A stretch of 63,746 nt of DNA, filler included, from Octopus bimaculoides (taxonomy: Eukaryota): assembly GCF_001194135.2 (NCBI RefSeq). It is 5 parts of 5 records of this genome, joined end to end, with 100 filler letters (N's around TTAATTAATTAA, not from the genome) between each part and the next. Parts side by side here need not be neighbours in the genome. Positions count along the whole stretch, not along the records: positions 1 to 28,001 come from NC_069004.1; 4 more parts are not named here. The stretch is one strand, 5' to 3'. The position numbers and the translations under genes are program-made. The notes under the pieces are model-generated. The model ran no database searches. It was not told where the DNA came from and saw only the letters and a list, made by a program, of their open reading frames with translations. Position 1 is the first letter of the stretch, and the number at the start of each line of letters is the position of its first letter. Below, piece after piece: positions 1-12,599 of the stretch.

Positions 1-341
1 ATTAAAACGTAAAATGAAAACAGAACACAAAGGATTCCGCGGTTCACGTGTTTCAAGCTTTATACACAAGCAGTCGTTGCATCATTATATGAGTATATAA
101 TTGATAGACAGGATGGTTTAAAGCTATCTTCAGCCGCAAATATATTCCGTCCCAAGATTACATCACAAAGAAAAAAGAAAAAGAGAGAGAAACAGGAGAG
201 AGAAAAAGGGAAAGTCCACTTGCTATTATCCATAGTAATACGTTTATGCTTTTTAAATTGTTATATTTACAAAAGGTTCATCGGTATTCAGAAATCTGTC
301 CATATTGTACCACAATTCAGGGTAGAGTATATATAAAGATA

Positions 342-421
342 TATACATGCATACATACATACATACATACATACATACATACATACATACATACATACAT
401 ACATACATACATACATACATA
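342..421. repeat. (CATA)n microsatellite
   Basis: Near-perfect tetranucleotide tandem repeat; it explains the MYVC-repeat ORF 288..491. Confidence 0.95.
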
Positions 422-1295
422 ACTCAGGCGAATCATACAGACTAATGTTCGCAACACATGTGACTTTACGATGCCAGCTGTTATCTAACAATGTGAATCA
501 TTTTGGTCAACATCAACAGATAGAGCTTTCAAAACTTTATGTAGCTCCTGCATTTTACTTCGGAGAGAAAGCACCTCTGACCTTTATTTCGTCGATAAAT
601 GTCAAAGCTTTCTAAAATAGTTTTTAGCTCGATTATTTTTCAGTATAAATCCATCAACTGGCCTTTATAATTTTGTTGTTCCGTTAATTCTCTCACTTCC
701 AATGGAATAATCATATGCTTTAAATATATTTACTTAAATTCAAGTTTGCTTGATATTATGAAAAGTCAAGCAAACATCAAAGACTTTAAATATTTTACCC
801 TTTTGTTTACACCTTCAGATGCGAATGAAAGTTGGTTCTTCCCAAGTAGTTGTTTCTATTAACCAAGACGACGTGAAGATGTATTCCAATGCATCAACTT
901 CTGAGGAAATGGGATAGATAAGCGGAGGAAGAATTTTGGAATTTTAGCTAACTTTGATCATCTCCATTGATGACATTTCGTTATAGACTTCGATAGATTT
1001 CTTTTTCTGTTATGTCAGGTGTTATTCATCATCCATTCTTGTCTTATTTTTTTGTCCTTTTATTCCTTTTCCATCTTAATCCATTCTGTTTAGGATTGCA
1101 GTTTTCTGGATTGTTCCAAGAATTGGTAGCTTCTAGCATATTCTATTGACATTTTTTTTTGCATCTTCAATAATCTAGATGCGTCCTCAACAACCTTTTC
1201 CGCGTCCTCAATGACTATGTGAATAGGTACCAGGCTGATACAATACAACGCTCTAAGGAAAGAAAACGATTCATAATTGAAAGCTGCCATGTCAG
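420..1295 (-). pseudogene. Decayed hAT transposase, C-terminal half
   Basis: Minus-strand translation across stops and frameshifts gives NYESFSFLRALYC..EDASRLLK, KSIEVYNE..NSKILPPL and ELHKVLKALSV..GIVKSHVLRT.VCM.RLS. The last resembles the hAT dimerisation domain (FPELxKLLK..ERSFS..IVKS.LRST...RLS). Recognised by eye. Confidence 0.55.
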
Positions 1296-1377
1296 CTTGA
1301 AAGTAAATAGTTCAAATCCTCACAATTGTAATTTTAGAAGGAGATTGAATATCTCAGATGTGGGTGAGTCTATGAGA

Positions 1378-1550
1378 ATGGCTGTACGGTTAAGGAATTC
1401 GCTTCGCAACTCTATACTTTCGGGTTCAGTCTCACTACGCAGCACGTAGAACAAATATCTTCAGTTGTAGCTAATCAAGCACTTAGAATGAATTTGAATG
1501 ATTTTGTTTGACGGAAATTGTGTGTGCCATGTATATAACTGCCCAGTATG
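1378..1550 (+). mobile_element. tRNA-derived SINE, family A (degenerate)
   Basis: GGCTGTACGGTTAAG A-box-like and GGGTTCAGTC B-box-like motifs; colinear with the copy at 4552-4706. Confidence 0.7.
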
Positions 1551-2299
1551 TCTGTGTTAAAGATGAACCACAACAGAGAGATTAAACCAAACTACATGAT
1601 TGGGATGCGAGCATCTTAACTATATAACCATAACTGCATATATGTTCTTACTATCTACGAAACAAAAAATAGTTCATAGGCATTTTTAGTGTTTTTTCTT
1701 CATTCGCTACCTCTTGGCCAATAGCTTTTTTTATTCTAAGTAGAGGTTATATCTTATTCAACACTTTCTTGTGACGATGACAACTTCAGCGCCAGTTATA
1801 TATATATGTGTGTGTGTGTAATTAAAATGTTCTTCGATATTGTTTTCAAGTTCTCTTAGAAAAACGCTATGACTGGAATCTTATTGACAAAGTTCCTTTC
1901 CTACACAACTTCCTGTTTATTTCTGACATTTTGTTTCCTGTTGTCTACCAATTCCTTTTGAAATTGTCAAAGTGTGACTTTACATTGCAGATTCACGAAA
2001 TTTCTCTTCTCATACATATATGATTCCGAGACGCTACTTTTATTTTCTTTCATATTAATAATATTCAGGTTATTATTTTTTTTTACTTGTATTATATTTT
2101 AGCAGTCAGCATAACGCTTGGCTTCATTTCCACTAGTTCCATGATGTAGCAATAAACTTCTTGTTCTTAATGACATAGCTAATTAGTATTAACTAATTTT
2201 GTAGTGTCCGTTTTGTGAGCTCATTTATATATAATATCTTATTCCACGTCAACAGACTAGTTTCATACACACGCGCAGGCACACACACGTACACACAGG

Positions 2300-2665
<366 letters not shown>

Positions 2666-2682
2666 ATTATCTTGTATCTTTT

Positions 2683-2850
2683 ACCTGACTCAGCTTTTGA
2701 TCTGCGTCCCTTCTGGAGCACCGCCTTGAAGTGCTTAGTCGAACAAATTGATTTCTGTACTTACCGTTTTTAAGTCTGGTACTTATTGCGTCGCCCTGTT
2801 TTGCCGAACCGCTAAGTTATGGAGTGACGTGAATAAGCCAACACCTAATC
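2683..2850 (-). mobile_element. SINE 3' module B
   Basis: Reverse complement of the TTAGCGGTTCGGCAAAA...GGCGGTGCTCCAG module also seen at 4990-5190, 10880-11090, 34785-34925 and 52040-52222. Confidence 0.75.
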
Positions 2851-3974
2851 AAAAATATTACCACATCTCCTGCACCTTATGTTTCTGAGCCTATGTTTCT
2901 TAGCATTGAGTATGGGTCTATTGAAAGGTTTTTCGTTGTAAATAAAATTGGGTTTACATCGACTTCGAACTCATTATGCTAGATGGAAGCAAATCACACA
3001 CTCACACACATACACACACTCAAACGCACACACATACACACACTCAAACGCACACACATACCCACACATACACTCACACATACACACGTTAATGCACACA
3101 CATAGACGCAAACATATAAACACAAGTCAAATATTGGTGAGCTACTTACGAAGAAGATAAAATCAATGTTTTTACTATATTCATTAATTGATGTTGAAGT
3201 ACGCTGGTTGTGATGTGAAGTTAGTTGCTATTTTGTCGGTTGTTAAGTTACTATTTTCATACCTAATTTCTTTTGTCTCTGTTGTTATCATGTTGTAACT
3301 ATTACTGTTATGTAAGTCGCTATATAAGTTAATATTCTATTAACAGACTTCGAAAGTTATGTTGAAAGTTATGTCTGTCTATTCTATACTTTAGACTATA
3401 TGCGAGCGATGTTCTAATATTAACGGCCATTTTTTTTTCGTAGTTTATTTTAGCTTAGATGCTGCTCTATTTATTAGTAATGTCCTTACTTCCGTTCCTC
3501 TACCACTTTATTTTAAGCTCTTGGCGTTTTTATTCTTTGACTGGACATTTTGATATTATACCATTTTTACGAGTAATAAGTTTCGTAAGAATATAAATTC
3601 TAGAAAATTACAAAGAATTATTTTCGCTTTTATTGCTATTTATTCATTTTGTATTTTTTAAAAATGACTATCAAAATAGCATTCTGTACACCTTAGTTAA
3701 TATGAATATAATGTAGGCAGCCACAAAACGGCAGCATTCTTCTCGAGAAAGCAAATCCTATATACGTATTGGGGTAAAAGTTACCTGGAATATGAGAAAC
3801 AGATGAAAATCGTCTAGAAACTACGGTGAAATTTAGATTATATGCATATTTAGACTCTTTGTATATTTGCGCATCATCAGTATCAAATAATTGCATGCTT
3901 AAACAAGGTCAGTCTCTATTGATATAGAAAAACAGTGATCGACAAATCAATGGTGTCGCAAGTAGAGGGAAACA

Positions 3975-4116
3975 GTTTCTGTCTGCCCAATTCACTCACG
4001 AGGTATTTGTTGACCTAGAGCTGTAGTAAAACACACTTGTCCAAACTGTAATGCATTGGAACTGAACCCGAAATAACTTGACTGCAAAGCAAGCTTCTTA
4101 ACCACACAGCCATGCC
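3975..4116 (-). mobile_element. tRNA-derived SINE, family A
   Basis: ACTGAACCCG...CTTAACCACACAGCCATGCC is the reverse complement of the family A head. Confidence 0.75.
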
Positions 4117-4149
4117 TAACGATATAGTTTATAGACCAGCAATAAATAT

Positions 4150-4305
4150 TCTTTTCTATGCTAAGCACAAGGCCTGGAATTTCGGGGAAGGAGCTAAGTC
4201 GATTACATCGACACCAGTATTCAACTGGTACTTAATTCATCTACCCCTAAAGGATGAAAGCCAAAGTCGACCTCGGTGGAATTTGAACTCAGAACGTTAA
4301 GACAG
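4150..4305 (-). mobile_element. SINE family C (partial)
   Basis: GGATGAAAG.CAAAGTCGACCTCGG.GGAATTTGAACTCAGAACG, shared with more than 10 copies in the window. Confidence 0.85.
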
Positions 4306-4551
4306 AGCAGCAGTAAGGGATGAATTGTTATAAATAAGCTTTGCTTTGTGTGTGAATTCCGGAAATGATAATGTGAAATGGCAAATAGGTTTTACTTACT
4401 AACAGCTAAATGATGACTATTCATCAACAGAAGCCTAACATTCTACTCCAAGAGTAAAATAAACAAATTCATCAGGGTGAGATTGTTGATCATGAAGTGT
4501 CTTCAGTAATCAAACAATCAAATCTGAAAGTCAACTAACTTAAACATACCC

Positions 4552-4705
4552 GTGTGGCTGTGTGATAAGAAGCTTGCTTCCCAACTACATGGTTCCGGGT
4601 TCAGCCCCACAGCGAGGCATCTTGGGAAAGTTTTGTGCTTATAGACTCGGGCCGACCAAAGCCTTCTTAGTGGATTTGGTTGACGGAAATTGAAAGAAGC
4701 CCGTC

Positions 4706-4739
<34 letters not shown>

Positions 4740-5190
4740 GAGAATATACAAAAAATAACAACAGACGAGGACAGGTGGTGTAAATAACAAAAGTATATAT
4801 TAGTATGACGCTCGGGAATACGGAAAGTCTTTGACGTTTCGAGCTACGCTCTTCAACAGAAAGAATACGGAGACAAGGAGAAAAACACGGAGAAAAAAAA
4901 TTGAATATGTATATATATATATATATATACATATATAACTCTGTGTGTGTGATTGTGTGTGTATGTGTGTATGTGTATTTGTGTCTGTGCTCGTCCCCCA
5001 CCTTGTTGCTGATATGTTTGTCTCCCGTAACTTTAGCGATTCCGTAAAAAGGGACCGATAGAATAAGTAAGTACTGGGTTTTAAAATAATAAGTACTGCG
5101 GTCGATTTATTCATTCGACTAAAAATTCTTCAAGACGCTGCCCCAGCATGGCCGCAGTCTATATGACTGAAACAAGTAAAAGATCACTGA
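4552..5190 (+). mobile_element. Composite SINE: tRNA head A + internal (TA)/(TG) microsatellite + 3' module B, with a nested hammerhead module
   Basis: A 4552-4706, (TA)n, inserted module 4738-4909, (TA)/(TG)n, B 4990-5190. The same A-microsatellite-B order recurs at 10880-11484 and 34785-35445. Confidence 0.75.
4828..4864 (-). ncRNA. Minimal type I hammerhead-like ribozyme with variant core (CUGUUGA)
   Basis: Minus strand: TCTTT-CTGTTGA-A-GAGC gta GCTC-GAAA-CG-TC-AAAGA. Stem I is 5 bp, stem II 4 bp, stem III the palindrome ACGT, and the cleavage triplet GUC. The conserved A6 is replaced by U. Confidence 0.6.
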
Positions 5191-5269
5191 TAGAATATAC
5201 CACTAACATGCCACTAATTCAAATACGGAAGATGGATTTTAAACTGAAAATTTCATATAAAGACCTGCA

Positions 5270-6470
5270 GAAAATATTGGAAATGTGCACACAGGGGTCA
5301 CATTTCTTTGTCCAAAATATTTTCATGTGATAGTGAGCAACAATCTTTTTTCTGTCAGCATCTTTAAACAGAGAAATCACAGCGGTGAGAGATTGATTAA
5401 TGTAGAGTATCACGAAAGAAGCCACCTTCTGTTTATCATGTCGACTCTTTGGAAAAGACAGAGCTAATAAAAGCATCAGCTTTGATAAAAGAGAATGGAT
5501 GATCCACCACAGTAATACGGAGAAAATTATGTGGCAGAATCCCTGAGTATGAACGCAGTAACCAGCATAAATTGAATTAAATAACCAGAATAAATTGAAT
5601 GTGGAGATAGCTCGAACAAAGAATTCTTTCAAACAGATGTGTGGAACATTTTCTGCACAAACAAATGATAGCAAGAAAGGCTATCTGACTAATATTTTTC
5701 ACCGACTGATTGACATTAATTCATCTCGCGTGAATGAGTGTTAGCATTCTTCGGCACCTCTCCTATCGTTTGTTCACAAAGCTTCCATCTATGCTCGGGT
5801 TGAACTTTTCTCTCATTGGGACCCCGCACTTGAAACCAATGTCATGAAGACAAAGATAACCAGGGCAAAGATGAGAGGCAACAAATATATTATTTGTCTG
5901 TTGAATGAATCAGCAAATGAACATATTTCTCTTTGGTCAATCATGTTCCGAAGCACAATCTTGTTCTGAAAGATAGTCATAATAATCGATGCAACATTTG
6001 ATTCTACACATGTCGAACAGATACACATTTGTCTTGGGTTACTTTATATGTATTGATTCTAAGGTTAATTTCAATGAGAGATTTCAATCTTTCGAATGAA
6101 AACTACTGAAACAACAAGTTATGAGAAGGTGAGTTTGATAAAGGTAACACTAATCTAAAATGGCATTGATTTGGAAGATTACAGGGATCAAAGATGTGAC
6201 GATGGTGCCGAAATAGCACCGAGTGCAACAGAATACAAAAGGCAATTTTGTAATGAAAATCTCGCTATTTCTGTATCACATAGCGTCAAAAAATGCCAAC
6301 CTATAAATACCATCATATAAGATACCAATATTTGGATGCTATCGCACTGATGCCAAAAATGCAATTTGTGCGACATTTATTCAGAGGTATATTGTTCTAA
6401 ACTGGCAATTTCTTCGGAACTATTGGAAATGTCCGTAACATCTATTCTTATAGTCCAAAAATAAGGCAAA
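5270..6470 (+). pseudogene. Decayed hAT transposase (ZMYM1-like/DUF4371 type), N-terminal and catalytic part
   Basis: Across frameshifts: FSVSIFKQRNHSGE, ATFCLSCRLFGK (TTF-type zinc finger), VELFSHWDPALE, SANEHI, IIIDATFDSTHVEQ (first catalytic D), GIDLEDYRDQRCDDGA (RGQxYDNG-like) and FFGTIGNVRNIYSYSP. Many stop codons. Confidence 0.8.
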
Positions 6471-6483
6471 TTCCTCCTTTTTG

Positions 6484-6687
6484 GAGGCACATGGCTTAGT
6501 GGTTATGGTGTTGGACTCATGATCGTAAGATTGTGGTTTCGATTCCTGGATCGGGCGACGCGTTGTGTTCTTGAACAAAGCTCTTCATTTCACGTTGCTT
6601 CAGCCCAATCAGCAGGCGAAAATGAATAATTCTGAGACGAACTGGTATCCTGTCCAGGTGGGGAATTTATACGCCATGGAAACAGTA
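6484..6687 (+). mobile_element. tRNA-derived SINE, family E-type head
   Basis: TGGCTTAGTGG A box and GGTTTCGATTCC B box, followed by the TTGTGTTCTTGA.CAAAG core. Confidence 0.85.
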
Positions 6688-6887
6688 GATTTAACGTTAA
6701 AAGTAATTTAGAGAAAGAGAATGAGGAGAAAGAAAGAAATTAACATAAAATTAAGAGTGGAAAAATATAGTATGATAGATGAATGGAAATAAAGTTTAAA
6801 AACTTAGAAATAGATATATGTAGGGGAAATGAAATGTAAGAAGACACAGGTAGAATTTTATAGATAGGTAGAAACTATTTATAGGAA

Positions 6888-7530
6888 CTAAAGGTGTTTT
6901 TGCCAATGTTTACTACGATAAACGCGATCTTTAAACGTATTTACAAGAGTATTCTCCGAGAAAAGGATGAGAAATTGCTCTTCGTTAAAGAGCAGACAAA
7001 AAGATTTATATTTATCATATGGGTAGGTCCGAGATAGAATTTTCCATTCCAAATTAAATTGTTTATTATGTCCCTTTAGAGACCAAATTAATTTACTAAG
7101 CCCAGTATTGTTGCATTTATTGATATGTCTAAATGTAGAGCAATGGTTAAATATTCTTTTCGACAACTGAAACGATGAGCTACCTATAGAAAAAGACATC
7201 AGAACCGGAAGTAATTTTACGTTAATAAACAGAGTTTCCAGTCTTAGAATTACTGCTAAGGAAACGAATACGATTCGAATTCATATCAGAAATATTGATA
7301 TTGTAGTTATTATTATTCAAGGAATGGTTAGCGTTAATAATATTACTGTTAGTATTTTCATTATGCGAAGGAATGACATGTAAAAGGATTTTGGGGTTTG
7401 GAAAACCTATCCTAATTCGGTGTGAATTGATAATGGAATGGTATCTGGATTTTTTTTTTTTTTTTTTTTTTTTTGAAAATTCTTATCTATAGCCTCACGA
7501 AACTGGTAAGGGAGGTTGGATTTGATCTAC
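6888..7530 (-). mobile_element. Penelope-like element fragment: linker + GIY-YIG endonuclease (pseudogene)
   Basis: FREAIDKNF..IINSHRIRIG..SHNEN, then SVY..KITSGSDVFFY/IGSS.FQLSKRIFNHCSTFRH..TGLSKLIWSLK..WKILSRTYPY..FCLLFNEE..KHL. A pyrimidine-rich 3' UTR follows at 6690-6887. Confidence 0.8.
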
Positions 7531-8111
7531 TTATCAAATGAAATGATGTATGGTAATTATCTTCAAATGTCGTAGACTTATTTTTATTACATATAAAGGG
7601 ATTTAAAGAACGGTTACCTCCCTTACACTGCAAAGTTTACATTTTTCGATTTATTGTTGTTATTCAAAATAGATTGATGTTGTTATTACCGTTCTGATGT
7701 TCTTTTTTTTCCNNNNNNNNNNNNNNNNNNNNNNNNNNNNNNNNNNNNNNNNNNNNNNNNNNNNNNNNNNNNNNNNNNNNNNNNNNNNNNNNNNNNNNNN
7801 NNNNNNNNNNNNNNNNNNNNNNNNNNNNNNNNNNNNNNNNNNNNNNNNNNNNNNNNNNNNNNNNNNNNNNNNNNNNNNNNNNNNNNNNNNNNNNNNNNNN
7901 NNNNNNNNNNNNNNNNNNNNNNNNNNNNNNNNNNNNNNNNNNNNNNNNNNNNNNNNNNNNNNNNNNNNNNNNNNNNNNNNNNNNNNNNNNNNNNNNNNNN
8001 NNNNNNNNNNNNNNNNNNNNNNNNNNNNNNNNNNNNNNNNNNNNNNNNNNNNNNNNNNNNNNNNNNNNNNNNNNNNNNNNNNNNNNNNNNATATATATAT
8101 ATATATATACA

Positions 8112-8261
8112 CTAGGGGCTTCTTTCAGTTTCCGTCTAGCATATCTACTCACAAGGCTTTGGTCGGCCCGAGGATACAATAGAAGACACTTGCCGAAGGT
8201 GCCACGTAGTGGGACTGAACCCGGAGCTATGTGGTTGGGAAGCAAGCATCTTACCACACAG
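8112..8261 (-). mobile_element. tRNA-derived SINE, family A
   Basis: Reverse complement of the family A head and body, abutting (TA)n. Confidence 0.85.
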
Positions 8262-8878
8262 TGATATATATATATATATATATATGCATATATAAACATA
8301 TATAGACACATACATATGCTACTACATACACACACAGATGCATATATATGTGTGTCGTGTATGTGTGGGGGTGGGGGGCAGATAACACACTTTAACTCTA
8401 CCATTTTGCGATTGGCGATGCACTACGGTGGTGGTGGTGGTTTTTGGTGGTAACTGTGAAGGAAACAAAGGAACGATTCCATACAAAATCTCAAAAAGAA
8501 AAAAAACATAGTTGAAAATAAATTATCTGCCAGGTCGCAATAATTAAATCGCAATGCTTTACAATGCACTCAATATCTGTAATTTTGAATGAGAAAATAT
8601 TGAATATTGCTAAACTGAAAACAAAGGCAAGAATTGTTAATTTCTTGGTGTATATCGTGAGAATATTTATGTCATAGCGCTAGTTAACGTTGAATTATCT
8701 CAATGGGGCTTTATTGCAATGACAACAGCTACAACAATCATTCTACTTCTCTAATCCTCTCTGGGGATGCAATTACAACCATTAATAATGATTTTCCTAT
8801 TCTCCAAACCGAATTAATTTAATAAGGAGCATTTTCCCATTCATTATATTTCTGAGTTTGCGTGCGCGCACGCGTGTG

Positions 8879-8978
<100 letters not shown>

Positions 8979-9103
8979 ATTGCCTAAGTCATTATCGCAC
9001 TAGGAAATCGCTAGCAGCGAAACTTGAAATGTTTTTTTTCGGTAATGACTCGGTATTTTACTGGTTAATAGGAAGTTTTATCTTCTTTGTAAAATAGATG
9101 TAG

Positions 9104-9141
<38 letters not shown>

Positions 9142-9227
9142 CACACATGCACATACACACACACATACATACATACATACATACATACAGATATATATAG
9201 TCATACATACAAACATACATACATACA

Positions 9228-9269
<42 letters not shown>

Positions 9270-9449
9270 NNNNNNNNNNNNNNNNNNNNNNNNNNNNNNN
9301 NNNNNNNNNNNNNNNNNNNNNNNNNNNNNNNNNNNNNNNNNNNNNNNNNNNNNNNNNNNNNNNNNNNNNNNNNNNNNNNNNNNNNNNNNNNNNNNNNNNN
9401 NNNNNNNNNNNNNNNNNNNNNNNNNNNNNNNNNNNNNNNNNNNNNNNNN

Positions 9450-9493
<44 letters not shown>

Positions 9494-9689
9494 TTTATAG
9501 TATTACAGTTAATTCCAGCTATGTTGTACTGATGGTGTATATCATACGTTTAGCAAAAGTTTCTGAATGGAAATTGATTGAAATGTTAATACTTGCCAAA
9601 TATGTTTAGCTGAAAACACCGCCGTTACAATAATTTATACATCCGTCCTTCATCATCCCCATTATCATTTTTATCAACGCCTGGGAATT

Positions 9690-10195
9690 AATCCGTCGAG
9701 GCCTAGGACTAGTAGAGTCACTTACCTGGTTTCCATGGCGTGCGCTATGTGACAGAGAACGCAATATTCCCTCTGAAGGGCGGTGAGCTGGCAGAAACGT
9801 TAACGCGCCAGGCGAAATGCTTAGCGGTATTTCGTCTGCCGTTACGTTCTGAGTTCAAATTCCGCCGAGGTCGAATTTGCTTTTCGTCTTTTCGGGGTCG
9901 ATAAATAAAGTACCAGTTACGCACTGGAGTCGATGTAATCGACTTAATCCCTTTGTCTGTCCTTGTTTGTCCCCTTTATGTTAAGCCTCTTGTGAGCAAT
10001 AAAGAAATAAGAAGCATCCTTGTTTGTCTGCACCCCGCCCCCTACTGTGGGCAAAAAAGAAATAACTATTCTCTCTGAAGGGGACGCCAGTCTGTTGTAG
10101 GATGATTCTTTTACAGCTGAGTGGACCTGGAGCAACGAGAAATAAAATGTTTTGTTCCGCCGGAGAATCTAAACCACTAGTCTGCACTTGGCCGC
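9690..10195 (-). mobile_element. Old SINE interrupted by a family C insertion
   Basis: The segments 9690-9780 and 10081-10195 rejoin into a continuous SINE-like body. Confidence 0.6.
9779..10066 (+). mobile_element. SINE family C, tail type 2, with TSD
   Basis: Full head GGCGGTGAGCTGGCAGAA..GAGTTCAAATTCC. Flanking duplication TATTC(C/T)CTCTGAAGGG at 9765-9780 and 10067-10082. Confidence 0.9.
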
Positions 10196-10607
10196 GTACT
10201 TCATTCAACAATTACACTGGAAGATTCAAAAATTCCTTTAGTATTATTATAAACCATTGAGTACAGTTAAGCTTCTTAATATTCATCTTTTCTATCCTCG
10301 TCTTTATCTCTCCCTCAGAATATTTACCTTCTTAACACAGCCTCCAGTCATCTCATCATATTTATGAAGCTTACTTAATGTAGATACATCGTTGACGGGC
10401 AAGTTGCAGCAGTGTTTATCCAAAGATAAGATTACTTTTCCGTTTAAGAAAGCAATATTTAGACAAATATCATCCTATCAGCAGCCAACAAGAACCCAGA
10501 TGCATTTCAACATAATTGAGCTTTATCAATAGGGTGTAATGACAGTCAGTCTCATGCTCGGACGAGATTTGCCATCTCCGACATATAGATAACAGTGAAT
10601 AAAGTAA

Positions 10608-10745
10608 AAGCTTCCACATAGTTTCCGTCTACCGAATTCACTCATAATAGATTAGTCGGCGTGGAGCTATTGTAAAAGATATTTGTCCAGGATGCTACAC
10701 AGTGAGACTAGGCCCGAAAGCACGCGGTTGCAAAGCGAAGCTTTT
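10608..10745 (-). mobile_element. SINE family A (degenerate)
   Basis: GTTTCCGTCTACC.AATTCACTCA... matches other A copies. Confidence 0.65.
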
Positions 10746-10879
10746 CATCTCATAAATACGTCTGTACCCATTATTTTCTCACCATTTCTTTCTGTTGCAA
10801 TCCACCAGCGGTCTCCCATATTATGTGTTAGCATAACTTCTACAACCATCTGTCATGTTTATATTTTATCTTTTAAATT

Positions 10880-11120
10880 TTACTTGTTTCACTCATTAGA
10901 CTACAGCCATGCTGGAGCTCGACCTGGAGGAATTTTAGTCGAAATAATCGAGCCCAATTATAATTTCCCTTTTCAAAAGCCTGGTATCTATTCTATCGGA
11001 CTCTTATGCCGAGCCGCTAAGTTACAAGGATGTGAACACACCAACATCAGTTGTCAAGCGGTGGTGATGGAGAAACAGACACAAACATACACACACCAGA
11101 CATATAAACGTGTATATATG

Positions 11121-11152
<32 letters not shown>

Positions 11153-11214
11153 TATATATAGTGGATTCCGTAGACGGACGGAAACTAAAAGCTCGTCGTA
11201 CATATATGCATGTA

Positions 11215-11292
<78 letters not shown>

Positions 11293-11484
11293 ATATATAT
11301 ATATATACACACACACATTTATACGACGAGCTTCTTTTAGTTTCTGTCCGTCTATGAAATCCACTCACAAGGCTTTCGTTGCCCTGAGGCTATAGTAGAA
11401 GACACTTGCCCAAAATGCCATGCGGGGGGACCGAACCCGGAACCATGTGGTTGTGAAGCATGCTTCTTACCACACAGCCACGCC
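10880..11484 (-). mobile_element. Composite SINE A + microsatellite + B
   Basis: A head 11322-11484, (TA)/(CA)n 11090-11321, B 10880-11090. Confidence 0.75.
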
Positions 11485-11899
11485 TTTATCTTCAGAACTA
11501 TCACTTATATAAATTATATTGCATAATGATTTCACCGCGACATCATGCTACAAATGTAGGTAAAATAAGGAAGACATTTTCGACAGATGGTTATTATAGA
11601 CTTACTTCTCTGCAGTTATTTATTCCAAAGAATCTGCATAGGTTATCACTACTGGATGTTTCACCTATCTCTTTTTTACATGAATTATTCCATTATTTCC
11701 TGCTGCTGGACAGCAAAGCATTCCCTTGGAAGTGAGAGTTAATATAAAGGTCATTGATCCGAAGATGGTTTTCTGTAAGTGAAAGCAAAATGTTGCACAG
11801 ATATTTGTAACGTTTTTGCTTTCTACATTACATGACATGATAAAAATCTCAAAACGAATGCGTAATGAAATATTAGTTTCAAAATCTAGCACAGAAAGT

Positions 11900-12075
11900 C
11901 AGCAATTTCAGGGTTGGGGGAAGTCGATTACATCATCCCAAGTGTGCAACTGGTTCATATTTTATCGATCTCGGTAGGATGAATGGCACAGTCGACCTCA
12001 GCGGAATTTGATCTCAGTACATAAAGACAAAAGAAATGCCGCTACGCATTACACCCGACGTATTAATGCTGTTGT
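11900..12075 (-). mobile_element. SINE family C
   Basis: Degenerate reverse-complement copy. Confidence 0.75.
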
Positions 12076-12599
12076 ACATATTGTTCTTGTTATTGATTAT
12101 GTTGTTGTTGTTCTTGTAGAGGTTGTTATAGAAGCGGTTGCTGTTGTTGTTGTTTTCGTTGTTGTTTTATTGTTGCTGTTTTTGTTGTAGAGTTTGTTAT
12201 AGAAGTGGTTGTTGTTGTTGTTGTCGCTGTTGTTTTTGTTGTTGTTTTCGTCGTCGTCGTCGTCGTCGTCGTTGTTTTTGTTGTTTAAAAGCAACTTAGG
12301 CCTACTCAACGACTGACACATTACGTTAGCAAGCTAGGACTTGGGTTAATCGAACATCTAACTGTTTATAGTCAAAACCATCATCCTCACACAATATACC
12401 CACATATATGTACATGGCATTTAATATACTCGTATTCATTTTTCTTATTCAAATACATGCCACCAGCCACTCTGACTAATTCCAGTCACTTCAGTTTTTG
12501 TTTTAATTATGCAAATTATCTGCGACCGATATAAACGTATTAATACTCTTTTCGAATAAGCCTGAACTCCTCGACTACCGAAGACAAGGTTCAACTATT

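Noticed and set aside
3500-3896. Minus-strand FYPNTYIG / FVAAYIIFILT resembling a hAT dimerisation domain
   Set aside because: The similarity is too short, needs several frameshifts, and its order is inconsistent with the 420-1295 fragment.
11714-11774. Plus-strand candidate exon QSIPLEVRVNIKVIDPKMVF with a GTAAGT donor
   Set aside because: Weak acceptor, no recognisable protein, and joining it to the next candidate (16776) creates a stop.
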